Positions 24,888 to 41,500 of a stretch of 43,917 nucleotides of DNA are shown here, one piece after another (the first letter of the stretch is position 1; every line of letters starts with the position of its first letter). The notes beneath the pieces were generated by a model. The model was not told where the DNA came from and ran no database searches. It was given only the letters and a program-made list of their open reading frames with translations. The position numbers and the translations under genes are program-made. The DNA is from Mesotaenium endlicherianum (Eukaryota), in NCBI GenBank assembly GCA_009602735.1, contig WELA01001939.1, positions 914,082 through 957,998 of the forward strand, read 5' to 3'.

Positions 24888-25689
24888 CCCATGAATTGTG
24901 ATATATTTTAAGACGGCCTCAACTGAATAAGTCTAGCGTACTTCTAATTTTAAGCATTCATTCACAAAGTTACTTCGACGGCGGCCAGGGATAGAAGGAG
25001 GCTAACACCAACTTAAAGTCGTACAAGGGCGGCGATAGGCCTGTTCAAGTACACATCTGAATGATGTCCGACTATAAGCTGTGCAACGGTGCTCTAAGAA
25101 GTCTGCGACTACGCTTCTGAGTGCGAAGGCGTGGTATGTGCTTTCAAGTCAATGATGATCATTATACAAAATTTGAACACACCCTTTGCATGTTCATATT
25201 GTCAAGAAGATTTCATTTCTGAAATTCGTTCCACAAGAAGAGTGTCTAGTAAGCGTCGACGAGTGGTCCGATAATGCTGACCATGCGACTAGATTTGGCG
25301 AATTTCGCCAGCTTCGCTAGTGTTATTTCGGAGCTCGCTTTAATTACAGACTACAGCTGCTTACCAAGTGACCTGATTACCAGATTACCAGATTACTATA
25401 CAGGCCAAATGGGCATCGACTTGCCGGCTTCTGTGAGATGAGCTTGACTTGGCTTGACTCACCTGGACTGTTAAAGACAAGCGGCCAGCTGTATGCAACA
25501 ACATGATTTTGGCAGCCACTAACTGGCCACTTGTTAAGTAGAATATATTATATGCTTCATACTCTATACTAAAATCTGAAGTTCTGGTTTCGGTGTGCCG
25601 ACGCCCGTATCGAGAATTCAAAAGCTGAGCTTTATGCGAAAAGCGATCAATTGGCGACAATTCCAAATTTGGCCTTGGCCACCTTTCTC

Positions 25690-27182
25690 ATGACTCTTGC
25701 CGAGAGGTGCATTGGTGGTACATACACAACACCATCCATCTCAATCCGCGATACGCACACCTTTGAGTTGGTGTTGAGTGGTTGGTTGTGGCGAAATAAC
25801 TCATTACCAAATCAAGAGCTTGTAGTTACACTGCTTCTGTCTGTTAGTGCCGAGGAGGGGAGGATAGTACGCAGTTTATCACGTTAAGGGAGTTGCAGAA
25901 TGGTTCGTGTATCTATCACCTTCGTGTTCGCGTTATTTCTATGTTTGGTAATATTTTCGGCTCTTCCGCAGACCACTGATGCTCGAAATGTGTACCATGG
26001 ACGACCTAATTTTTCAGGTATTAATCTTGCGCCGTAGAGCCAGAGGTTGTTGCTTTAGCAGCTTTTCAGGTGTAGCCCTAGTTTGGTGTTGACTGACGTG
26101 AGATGCCAATTCGATTCACATCATGGGGGTATGTGAGAACCTGATAGCAGCGCGCAAAATTGGTGGATGCTTCAGTGAAGTTAGGTCTTCTGTGTTTGCA
26201 CTGTTGTGGCATGTGCTTTTAGGTGTAGTTTCTGTTAGTGTATGAGTGTTTGCACGGCCAGGCTGACATTTGTTCGGGAGATATGTGGGCTATCAAGCTG
26301 TTGGTTTTGCACTTTACTCTCTATGGATAAGCACGTCCTTTTTGTCCCAGCTTTAGGTGGTTATATGCAAGATAAGGATTGTATCGTCGCCTTTTTCCTC
26401 TTTCTCGTCAACTTTCATCGCTAGAGACGACCTAAGTCAGTCATTTCATCATGTGCAGACTGGGTCGGCAAATATAAGAGTGACGCACTAAGGGCAGCCT
26501 TTAAGCGCAAGGTCCCCAAATTCCAGCGTATCATTCCAGGTTTGTATACCTTGCAGTCTGCGTGACTCATGGGCTAGCACAAGCTATGGCCTGATTGACA
26601 TTTAGTCAAAAGTAATTCATGTTATTGCTCTTGACTAGCTTCCCCTCTGGCTCCGGATGTTGAGCATGTGTCCTCTTAAGCAGTGCGAAGGATAGTACAT
26701 GTGCCATCTATGTGGGACTTGTGAAGTTTGCGAGATATTTGGATGCTCATCTTTGGAGTTTTGCCGCCTGTTAAGTTTCTCTTTGTGATGTTCTATTCTT
26801 GGGTGAATACAGAAGCTGCAAAGAAGCCGCCAATGAAGCCGCAGCCAAGGGATCCGGAGACCCAGCGTCAATTTGGGAATCACCACAATTCTATGGGTCT
26901 CCATTGACGAGAAGGCAGTTATTTCCTTCTTGAAACACGTTCTCATTTGGATTTCCATAGCATGGTGATTAGTTGCCGAATGGAACTTGACATGAAAAAG
27001 CAAGGAAGTCATCTGCCCGTGTACATTGAACATTGAATAGCATCCAGTCGCAGGTGTTGAGAGCGGGTCAACATTATCTCTGCTGCCAGGTCATGGATTC
27101 CAGGACTTTTCTGGAGCAGCAGTGTTATGTTGGGATGTTATCGTTGACTAGGGGCTTTTGATGTACCGCAGGTGTCTTTTAA
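25690..27182 (+). other. Candidate small multi-exon transcript (short protein or spliced lncRNA)
   Basis: Segments flanked by good (Y)nCAG acceptors and GT donors: 25972-26017, 26459-26539, 26813-26896/26907, 27054-27089, 27172-27182. One phase-consistent frame reads TTDARNVYHGRPNFS-DWVGKYKSDALRAAFKRKVPKFQRIIP-EAAKKPPMKPQPRDPETQRQFGNHHNSM-GVESGSTLSLLP-GVF*. No in-frame start or family was identified. Confidence 0.3.
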
Positions 27183-28526
27183 ACAGTTTACTTTAGGTTG
27201 GGTATCACTGTTCACCCTCTGTCCATTAGGCGAGGATATTCCATTTCAAGAGTTATGTAGTACTGTAGCATGTATGGTGGTTATGTAGTATTGTAGCACG
27301 TATTGTGCTACACAGATGCACTTCTATATATCAGATTAAAAACCTTGTTGAATACAACGTGCCGCATTAGCCTCAACTCTAATTTGGTAAGACTTACATT
27401 TGATCTTAAGCATAATGTAAAAGTAGATAACAACTACAATATAAAGTGCGCCACTATGTGTCTCTAATCTAATTCCAATGTAATCTACTGCTAGTTATTC
27501 TGTTGGAATGTCTGAACTGTAATCATGCTCTTCTCCTAATGTAAGCGAAGAACTATGTTCTACAATCTGTATGTTTGTTGACTGTTTCACCGTTGCCCGG
27601 ACTAAGTCTTTGCAAATTTTTGTTAGTGCGACCCTGGGGAACTTTTATTGTTTGGCAGTCTGTTTTTGGAGTGTCATGTCCTGTGGTCTGATCAGCAGAG
27701 GGCTGTTCTATCTGGGTGGGCTGGGCGGGTATAAGGTGGAGTAATGCTTTTTCTGCTTGTGCAGTGAGGAACTCACTGTTGGTGTGTTACTCATGTACAA
27801 AGCTGCAGCAGCCCCTTCGCTGGCTGCTACTAAGTGCTCATTGGTTGCATCCACTTTGAGATGATTTTTTTAGTGAGAAGTGCTCGCTTATCGAACTAAA
27901 TTTTGTAGATTTTTTGATATAAAAAATTATCATTTTTACAAATGACATTCTTCAATCTGTAACACGTACGACTGCCAAGTTTAAAAGCTGCCATTATAGG
28001 CTACATTGTTTTACCTCATGTTCTGAGCCTGCAATTCTGGGTGGATGACGTGTATGGCCCACTTTGTGCCAGCTGTTTGAACTGTTGAGATACTTATGAA
28101 CATATTGATTCTTATAGCTGAGCCTTTCTAAAAGGATTTTTGTGTATAGTCTGGTATGACTTCTCCTAGAAGATCGCATGCTTTATTACAGTGCAGCTCT
28201 CTGTTACATTCCACCTCAGCGCAAATGCAGACCACATGCAAGGGATAAGTGCAATTCATAAGATGCTGTTCATCCTCTGCTAGAGCTACTGCTACACGTG
28301 CCCAACCGTCCTAAAGCTATGTCCTACATCTTATTCTACTCTGATGAGGTTCAAAATGCTTATTTCCTGATAACCACTTTACGATGCCATGAATTGAGAT
28401 GCTAATCAGTAACAATTACCCACCAAATTTTACAAAGTAGCTGATACTCCTAAGGCGGGAATGTAAACTATCTGCTACACCTGCACAAGCTGCTGCCAAC
28501 GTTGTCAGGAAGTATCTCCATTCCCA

Positions 28527-33131
<4,605 letters not shown>

Positions 33132-35288
33132 CCTGTATGTGAGGTGCTTAAGAGCCAAACCCTGGGCAAACCTCAATTATGGTGGACAAACTCTCTCGGC
33201 AAGAGCAGGCCGCGGGGATCGAAGAGCAGGATAGAAGGAACAACAGTTTGCAAGCAAGTGAACGGTCTAATAAGTGACTATCCCGCACTCCTTTGCTAAA
33301 CACTGCCAGTAAAGAAACGATATGTGCAGCGGGGCGTTTGGACCAGGACAAACGGGTGGTGTGTCAGACCGGAGAAAGTGAAGGCTGGCAGGCGAAGGTC
33401 GTATCGAAAGACTGAAAGCGGGAAGCAACTACGTGCAAGAACGTAGCCAAGTGTTGTGTAGGGAGTGGTCCCCTGGGGACCTCTAGAAGCACGAACAGTA
33501 CATCGCCTGCTACGGCTGGCTACGGCCACCAGTGGCTCAATATAGTGCTGTTACCATGCCCGTTCTTTTCTCGAAGCCCGGTAGAATGATGAGTTACCAA
33601 AAGAGATTATCTTCCATGCATTGGGTATCTTATTAGCTTCATATGATATTGACTTTAAATCAAATTTCCTAACGGTTTTATTTAATAAACAAAACATGTA
33701 CACTCGAAGACAGGACCAGTGAGACACGAACCTCTGAGTGCGGATTGAGGCTTGCAGTCGGGCTGGATGTGGCCTCATTGGACTCGTCTATGTGAGGCGG
33801 GCAAGTTTGCAGCGGGATCCAGGCCGTCACTTCATGCTGCTCCATGCTGCTTCATGGAGCAACCTTTCGTGACCAATCGTGTCAATGTTGCGCTGATCCG
33901 TACATTTCTTTCTACATCATTATCTGACAAAGATAAACTGCATGTGTGTGCAACAAAGGGCACTGTGCAACCAAGAGGACGCGATGAAAATTTGGGCCCA
34001 TTTAGTCGGTATCATGGCATAGCCCTTGCATAAGATGGAACATTAAAAACTTGATGCATGGCAGCCTGAGTAACCAGGAGCCAAATTTAATTAGGGCAGA
34101 CTTGCAAGCTTTTGTCGAGTGTCTCGTGTCTCCGATTCATTGTACAAGCTGTTCCAAAAGAAGAAAACTGATTTGATGTATTCGTCGAGTTGTCTTGAGA
34201 GCCAACTGGAACTGTGTGGACGTTCTGTGTTTGCGCTGGAAGAGATGTGGCGTGGGGACCTGGAAACATATAAGCACGGTTCAACATGGGAACACCATCC
34301 AGTGGAATCGAGGAGCAGCATATAGACTCCAACATGTATATTATATTCACTCAGGAAGTCGTGAAATGAACCCATAATCATCCGAGAGAGCACTACGTAT
34401 CTTATATCCTCCCCGACCTGGCAGTTCCTTAATCTGCATACTTGCTATCCGTTCCATTTGCACAACGTACATATGCCGAGGAAAGAGACATTTGGTCCAG
34501 CTGTAGAAGAGGATTCATGAACTCTTTCTTTTGTCACCACCTGAAGTATACATGAGCCAAACTACTCTTATAAAGATCACTTGACCTAGGTTATTAGAGA
34601 AGGGAAGGTCACAAGGATCATGGTGACCTGCTGCTATGCTTGTCTTTGCTGACTCTCGACGTCCGTTTATCATCTGAGGACAGTCACATGTACTACCTGT
34701 GCATGCACAGGAGAGGATGGCCGGTCACAAGTGTCTAACATATTTTCAAGTTAGTATGTTTCGAAACATACTTTCTGAATTACAAACATGTGGCTCGTAC
34801 ATCTTCACCGTCTGGCATGGTCTGGTGATTTAATGCTCAGCTTTATTTTTGTCTGAATTTTGATCAGTCACTTTCCTCGAGTGCCCCAGCATTTACCAAA
34901 AAATCTTTCATAACGCCTTGTCCGGAGCACCTCAAGTACGGAGCTTCCAAACCAGCAATCAATATGCAGCACATCATGGAGTGTTGTTCACGAACGAGCA
35001 TGTAAGAAGCATGCAACAATGTAAGCAGCTAAGTACAGCTTCACTAAGAAACGTAGTCGTAGTATCAACGTATGCGACACAATCACAAAAGAAACGCAAG
35101 TAGCATCAATAAGCACGACACAAAGCAGTACCCAGGCAATCGTTCAGGATATATTTCTTTACACGTTCACATAAACACACTTGAACACACGTATCAACTC
35201 ATCCCTTCATCACATACACGTGTGCTATTCTTGGGCCTATTATTAGCCCATCATTAGCCATTAAGAATATAAGAGTGGAGAGTCTCTC

Positions 35289-37625
35289 TTAGATTGGAGA
35301 AAAGAATGTGGCGAGGCCTTGCTGTACGCCCATCTCCATGGGCTGGTTATACACCATCAGGTCCTTTGACCCGTCTCCCAGCGAGCCTCCGCCTCGGGCC
35401 ATGACCTCGCCGTCCACACTCAAGTAGCCTCCCGACACCTTGCCCTTGACTCTGCCGCCCGGCTCAAGGCGCATCGCCCTCACCTGGTAGGCGACAAACA
35501 ACGAGCAGAGATGTCGCGGTCAGAAGAGCCCGGTGATTGTGCATCTATCGCAACATGGCCCTCATTTGAGTGCCCATGAACGACGGGCAGGATCACCCGA
35601 CACTTTCTCAGGTTGACTTCGCATGCGCATCCATCCCGGCTTCGCACCTCAACTCTCGACACCTGGCTCACGCCCGAGATGCACTGAATAATCACTTGCG
35701 CACACGAGTGACGTCGACAGAAAATTGCACCAGGAGAACTGCATCCAGAAATTCGGATGGGGGTAACCCTCGGAAGAAAAAGTGGGAGGGAGCTGCTTCG
35801 ACCAGCTGAGAGGGCCTTCCCTTCCAGCAGCAGGAGCAAAAAAAGGCTCCGCTATATTTTGATCTCGCGTCCACTTGCCCTTGCCCCAGCAGCTTCTGAA
35901 GAGACCGAAGGAGCATGCCCTTACCTCGGCGGCACATGCAGTTGTCGCAATAGCTTCAGAAACATGGAGGTTGTAACTTGTTACACGAAACACCATGGGA
36001 TTGGACGCCGTTGCGGAGATGCGTGGCGAAGAGAGGAGCAGAGTTGGCCGGAATCTGACCAGCCAAACTCGCATCAATTCAGTCGGCGTTTACACCCAGA
36101 CCGCACCAGCCGAAGTATTTCCGTCGCAGTCTTCGAAGCAATGCAATCCCCTCGGAAATGGTCTGCACGCACTCCCCTCCAGTGAGGCGTTTGACGCGTC
36201 CCCACGCAGAGACACATGACACACGTCGCCTTCATCGCGTTTGAGTGCAGCAACCTTGTTTAGGCCTTTGCTGCCCTCTACACTCGTTCAACACCGCACC
36301 CACCAATGCGGTGGCGAGGGTTCTTCTGCCTGGCGCTCATTGCACTCTCCAAGTAGTGCAGCCCCCCCGGAAAGGCAACCGACGACGGCTATCATATGAC
36401 TATGGCACAGAGCTGTGCATGATGGCGGCTGCTAGCGGCAAAAGATGCTCCGAGCTCAAGGTCACCCCAGACTGTGTGATCTCATTATTGTCCAAAGAAT
36501 GTTCGCAGGATAGCGGAAGGGCTGCAAGGCAGACCACTCCAGGAGCGTGAGAACAGAGAGAGTCAGACACACAACAACGGGACGAACGAGCCCCTAGCGA
36601 GCGAGTATTGCGCACGCTGCAGACCAGGTGACCTGGTGAGGAGCGGGTGGACTGGCGAGGAGCGAGTGGGTAAGCTGGCGAGGAGCGGGTGACCTGGGGA
36701 CGAGCGAGCGGGCGGGCGGGAGTGAGCGAGCGGGAGAACGAGACAGAGACAAAGTCGGCGCTTCCAAACGGAGGTGAGGGAGACGGACAGCGGGAGAAGG
36801 AGGGAGCAAGAGGGGCCACACCTTGATGTACTCGACGTACTTGGAGTTCACGTGCTTGCCCTTCTCCATTTGCAGGAACAGTCTCAAGAGCTTCAGGCGC
36901 GGGCACTTTCGGACGACCAGCATGTCCATGCACCCGTCCGCAAACTGATGACCCGGACACAGCAGCCAGAAAGAGCAGCCGAATCAGAATACGTAAACAA
37001 ACCGCCAACTCGGGGGGGGGGGCATGATCCACACAGCAGGCGCCTGCGACTCAGCGGGCGGACCAAATACATTTGACGTGCATATTCGTGCATGCATCCA
37101 ATCTTCCTGCCTGCTACCTACGCCAGAAGCCACCCGCACGCACGCACGCACCTCCGCGCGCGGCGTGCACTTCATGTCCGACGCCCCCCAGCGCACGTTC
37201 TGCAGCCACACGAGCAGAAACTCGCCCTCCATCGTCCGCCACTCGCCGCCGCCGCTGGCGCCGCCCGCGCCGCTCTGCGAGGGGCCGCGGTAGCCCTTGC
37301 CCTCGTGAGGTGCCCCGCTGGCGCCTCGCGCTTGGCTGCCGGTGCTACCCAGCAGGCTCTCGGACATGTTGTCGTCGGAGGGGGCAGAGGCGGGGGCGGG
37401 GGCGGAAGCGGGGGCAGGGGCGGGGATTTGACTGTTTTCGGTGGGGATGCCGGAGGCGGGCAGGTAAGAGAATGAGCCCCTGTACGTCCGCAGCTTCAGG
37501 ATTCTCACTATCGACTGGCAGCGCATGCACCCACACACACACAGAGACACTCACACAGAGAAAAGGGGGGNNNNNNNNNNNNNNNNNNNNNNNNNNNNNN
37601 NNNNNNNNNNNNNNNNNNNNNNNNN

Positions 37626-37664
<39 letters not shown>

Positions 37665-38505
37665 AGGGGGGAGGGGAAACAATGGCAGTCTCCAGCAGGA
37701 TTTTGTCTGACTGAGGCAATCCTAATGGGGGGTACGACCCATCAGAGTAACCACTCTGGCCTCCATACAGACCCCTTGCAAATGGAAGCAAGGGAGGAGG
37801 ACCCATCCGCTAGGGCCGCACCCACCCTGGGCCACCGCGCCAGCGGCTGATGGCCCAGCTGTGCGGACGCAGGCAGGCAGGCAGGCAGCCCCCAGCCCCA
37901 GCCTCGGCCCCAGCCTTGGCGCTGTCAGGCTCGTTGGCCTCCCCCAGCTCCAGCCCTGGGAAGTGCTGTCAGCTCAGCGCCTGGGCTGGCGGGCACGGGA
38001 GTGATCTCAAAGCATGTTGGCCGGCCTCTGGGTCCTGCTGGCCCCCGGCAGCCTGGGGCTCCACCTCCGCCTCTGCCTCAGCCCCCCCCGGCGCTGGCAG
38101 TGCAACCAACTGCAGCGCTTACGCGTTGGCTGGGCACGTGAGAGGGCTCCTCCAGGCACACGCGCGGCCACCCGGCGGAGGTCGCGACGGAGAACAGAAT
38201 CTCTGCCGGATTGCGGCGCTCACGCACGACTGGTGCGCACTGAACCCTAACCTGCCCTGCGCGCTGACCGGCCCTGAACGCAATACGCCCAGGGTCTTGA
38301 TAGAGGACCTCGGAGAGCCGGGCCTTGCTACATGCTGGGGCGCAGCGTGGGTGGCAGCGCTGGTGCCCCGTGTGGCTCAGCAAGGAGGGCGTGCATTCAC
38401 CCATGGGGTGTAAAGTGCTGCAGCAGGTGTGTGCGACTGCCAAGAGAGTGCCTGCAGCAAGCACGGCCCCCCTCGGGTGTCGTGTGATGTGCGTGCGCGC
38501 GCACG

Positions 38506-38537
<32 letters not shown>

Positions 38538-41500
38538 GAGTGCCTGCAGCACAGCTACCCCTGGGTGCTGTGTGATGCAGCAGGTGTACGAGTGCCAAGA
38601 AGGTGCCTGCAGGTAGACAGGGTGGCTGCGCGCGCTCGCTGTTGCCTGAAGCCTGAAGCGTGAAGCATCTTCCTCCAGGTCTCAAAAGGCCCTTTGAGGC
38701 AGTGACGGGCGGGAGGGGTGTCACCAGAAAATTGTGATTGGTCCACACGCTCGATTGGTCCACACGCTCGAGGAAACGCGTGCGGAGGTAGGTGACTGCA
38801 TGCACCCACAATGTGCGCGCGCACCCACACGTGCTAAGGTTTGGGGGTCCCGTCGAGCGTGAGTGAGAGAGAGAGAGAGAGAGGTATTGTCACAATAGAT
38901 GATAGTGTGCAACAGAGGGAGGGAGAGGGAGCAAGAGCAGGAGAGGGAGGGGAGAGAGGGAGCAAGAGCGGGAGTGAGAGAGGAGAGAGGGAGCACGAGA
39001 CGGAGAGGGATAACGGAAAAGGGAGCAAGAGAGAGGGAGAAAGAGGGCGAGAGGGAGAGCGTGCGGTGGGTGGCATCACGCCAGATTGAAAATTCAGTCC
39101 ACTATCTCTCTTTGCCCCGCGCTCGGGGCCACCAGTGCATTCTTGCCGGCATCATCAGATCCTCGTCGGTCTCACCAGACCGATACGTTGAAAGGAGGGA
39201 GCATGGGAGCAACCGGCACAGGGGGGGAGGGGGAGTGGGCCGGGAGGATGGAGCAGAAAGGAGAGGGNNNNNNNNNNNNNNNNNNNNNNNNNNNNNNNNN
39301 NNNNNNNNNNNNNNNNNNNNNNNNNNNNNNNNNNNNNNNNNNNNNNNNNNNNGAGGAAGGCTTCAGAGTTGTGAAGTCTCATACAGAGGGGAGGGGGTGG
39401 AGGAGAGAGGCGGTGGGAAAGTGGGTGGGGTGGGGGGGGAAGGAGCGGCAGGAGGGGGAGGGGGAAATGGGTATAGGGAGGAGCGGCGCAAGGCGAGCTG
39501 GCAACCTGGAAGGTGAGGCGGAAGCCGCCCATCCACCTGTACCGCTCGGACTCGACGTCCACGTCGCTCACCAGGCCTGAACAGCGTCACCCGCATGCAC
39601 ACACGCGCACACATACACGCACAGACACACACACAGACACTCTCTCCCCCCCCTCCACACACACACACACACACACGCACGCACGCATGCATTGCCAGGC
39701 ACACACACACACATACATGCACGCACACATGTACGCACGCACACACACAAGCACGCACATACACGCCGAAGCGCGCAGCAGAGCTTGAATAGATTGTTGT
39801 TTAGGGTTTGTGGAGAGCCCGTTGTGACCTGCAGCAAGGTGCATCCTGGAGGACGCTACGGGAACTGGGATGGCCCCTGCTGCTGCACCCCTACACCAGC
39901 CGCTGCACCACACTAGGCGTGAGCACACACACGGCAAGCACGCAATTACCCATGCTGCCCGTGATACGCGGGCAGGGGAAGGAACATTCAATGGGAGGCC
40001 GGGCATAGCAAGAACGGGGGCTAGGGGGTGGGGGGTGGNNNNNNNNNNNNNNNNNNNNNNNNNNNNNNNNNNNNNNNNNNNNNNNNNNNNNNNNNNNNNN
40101 NNNNNNNNNNNNNNNNNNNNNNNNNNNNNNNNNNNNNNNNNNNNNNNNNNNNNNNNNNNNNNNNNNNNNNNNNNNNNNNNNNNNNNNNNNNNNNNNNNNN
40201 NNNNNNNNNNNNNNNNNNNNNNNNNNNNNNNNNNNNNNNNNNNNNNNNNNNNNNNNNNNNNNNNNNNNNNNNNNNNNNNNNNNNNNNNNNNNNNNNNNNN
40301 NNNNNNNNNNNNNNNNNNNNNNNNNNNNNNNNNNNNNNNNNNNNNNNNNNNNNNNNNNNNNNNNNNNNNNNNNNNNNNNNNNNNNNNNNNNNNNNNNNNN
40401 NNNNNNNNNNNNNNNNNNNNNNNNNNNNNNNNNNNNNNNNNNNNNNNNNNNNGGAGGGAGGGAGGGGAGGGAAATGCCGGAGGTGAGGGAGGGAGGGAGG
40501 TGAGGGAGAGGGGGGAAGGGAGGGAGAGTCAATTTGAAGTCCTGCATTTACAGGCGTATGGAGAGAGCGCTACAGCGCCCACACACGCACGTTCCCCGCC
40601 CCCCCCTCCTCCCCTTCCCCCACCGGCGGGCCCTGGAGCTTCTGAAAGCATGTACCTGAAATTGGAGGAACCCTAAGTTTGGGAAACCCTCAACCTGAGG
40701 TGACTCTGAACCGGAGAAACTCTAAACCTCGAGGTACCTGAAGCCCAGAAACCCAAAACACGAGAAACCCTAACTCTAACCCCAAGGAACCCTACACCTG
40801 CGACACCCTACGCCCGCGATACCATAGACCCACTGGACTCTCTTCTAAAGCCCACGAGGAACCCCTAGCTGCACCTTATGGCCGGCAAGGTTGCCCGCCA
40901 GGTGGCAGGGACAGGGCCACAGCGGCAATCTCCCTCACCTCTTATGATTGCGAAAGCGGCGTTGGCGGCACCGTAGGCTTCCCCCGCGGAGTCCAGCAGC
41001 GACTTTGCGAGCGCGTTCCCCGAGCCTGCTCGGTCAACGCCGGTCAACGCCGGTCAATTGCAGTCAGCTCCAGTCAGGGTCGGTCCACCAGCCAGCCAGC
41101 CAGCCACCCGTGCACCCACCACCCACCCACCTGACCCCAAACCAAGCCTATGTTGCGGCGGGAAACGGTCCCCGACGCGTCAGGAGTTAACGACGCTCGT
41201 CTCCAATGCGAACAGCAAGGGCGCAGCCGACACCTGGCAAGCAGATAGGCAGGCGGGCAGGCGGGCAGGGCAAGCAGGCAGGCTCTCCCCACCCCGCCAG
41301 GAACTGCGCGGCCTTCCCCCGCCAAAAGGTAAGCCCTCAGTTGACAGGGTTTCTCGGGGCCTTGGGGGGCTCAGCTCTCAGAGTCGGGGTTTGAGCTGAG
41401 AGCTGAGCCAGGGAAAGTGGCAGGCACTCTGAGTCAGCCATGTTGTCGTGAAGCAGTCCCTCTGTGCCTCATCCTGCCGCTGCCCCTGCTGGCGCCGGTG

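Noticed and set aside
25288..25321. Palindrome TGGCGAA-T-TTCGCCA flanked by CTAG
   Set aside because: Too short to assign; it only partially matches an E2F-type site and could arise by chance.
33550..35280. Short ORFs and an ATGATGA motif between MIPS and SPHK
   Set aside because: No coherent exon chain, protein motif, matching D box or transposon termini. Treated as MIPS upstream region plus SPHK 3' UTR.
39760..39828. CTGCAG|GT CAC... as the missing SPHK exon (GH...)
   Set aside because: The translation [12 protein letters not shown] lacks the expected LDV...F.S.L...WG motif; the exon more likely lies in gap 40039-40452.
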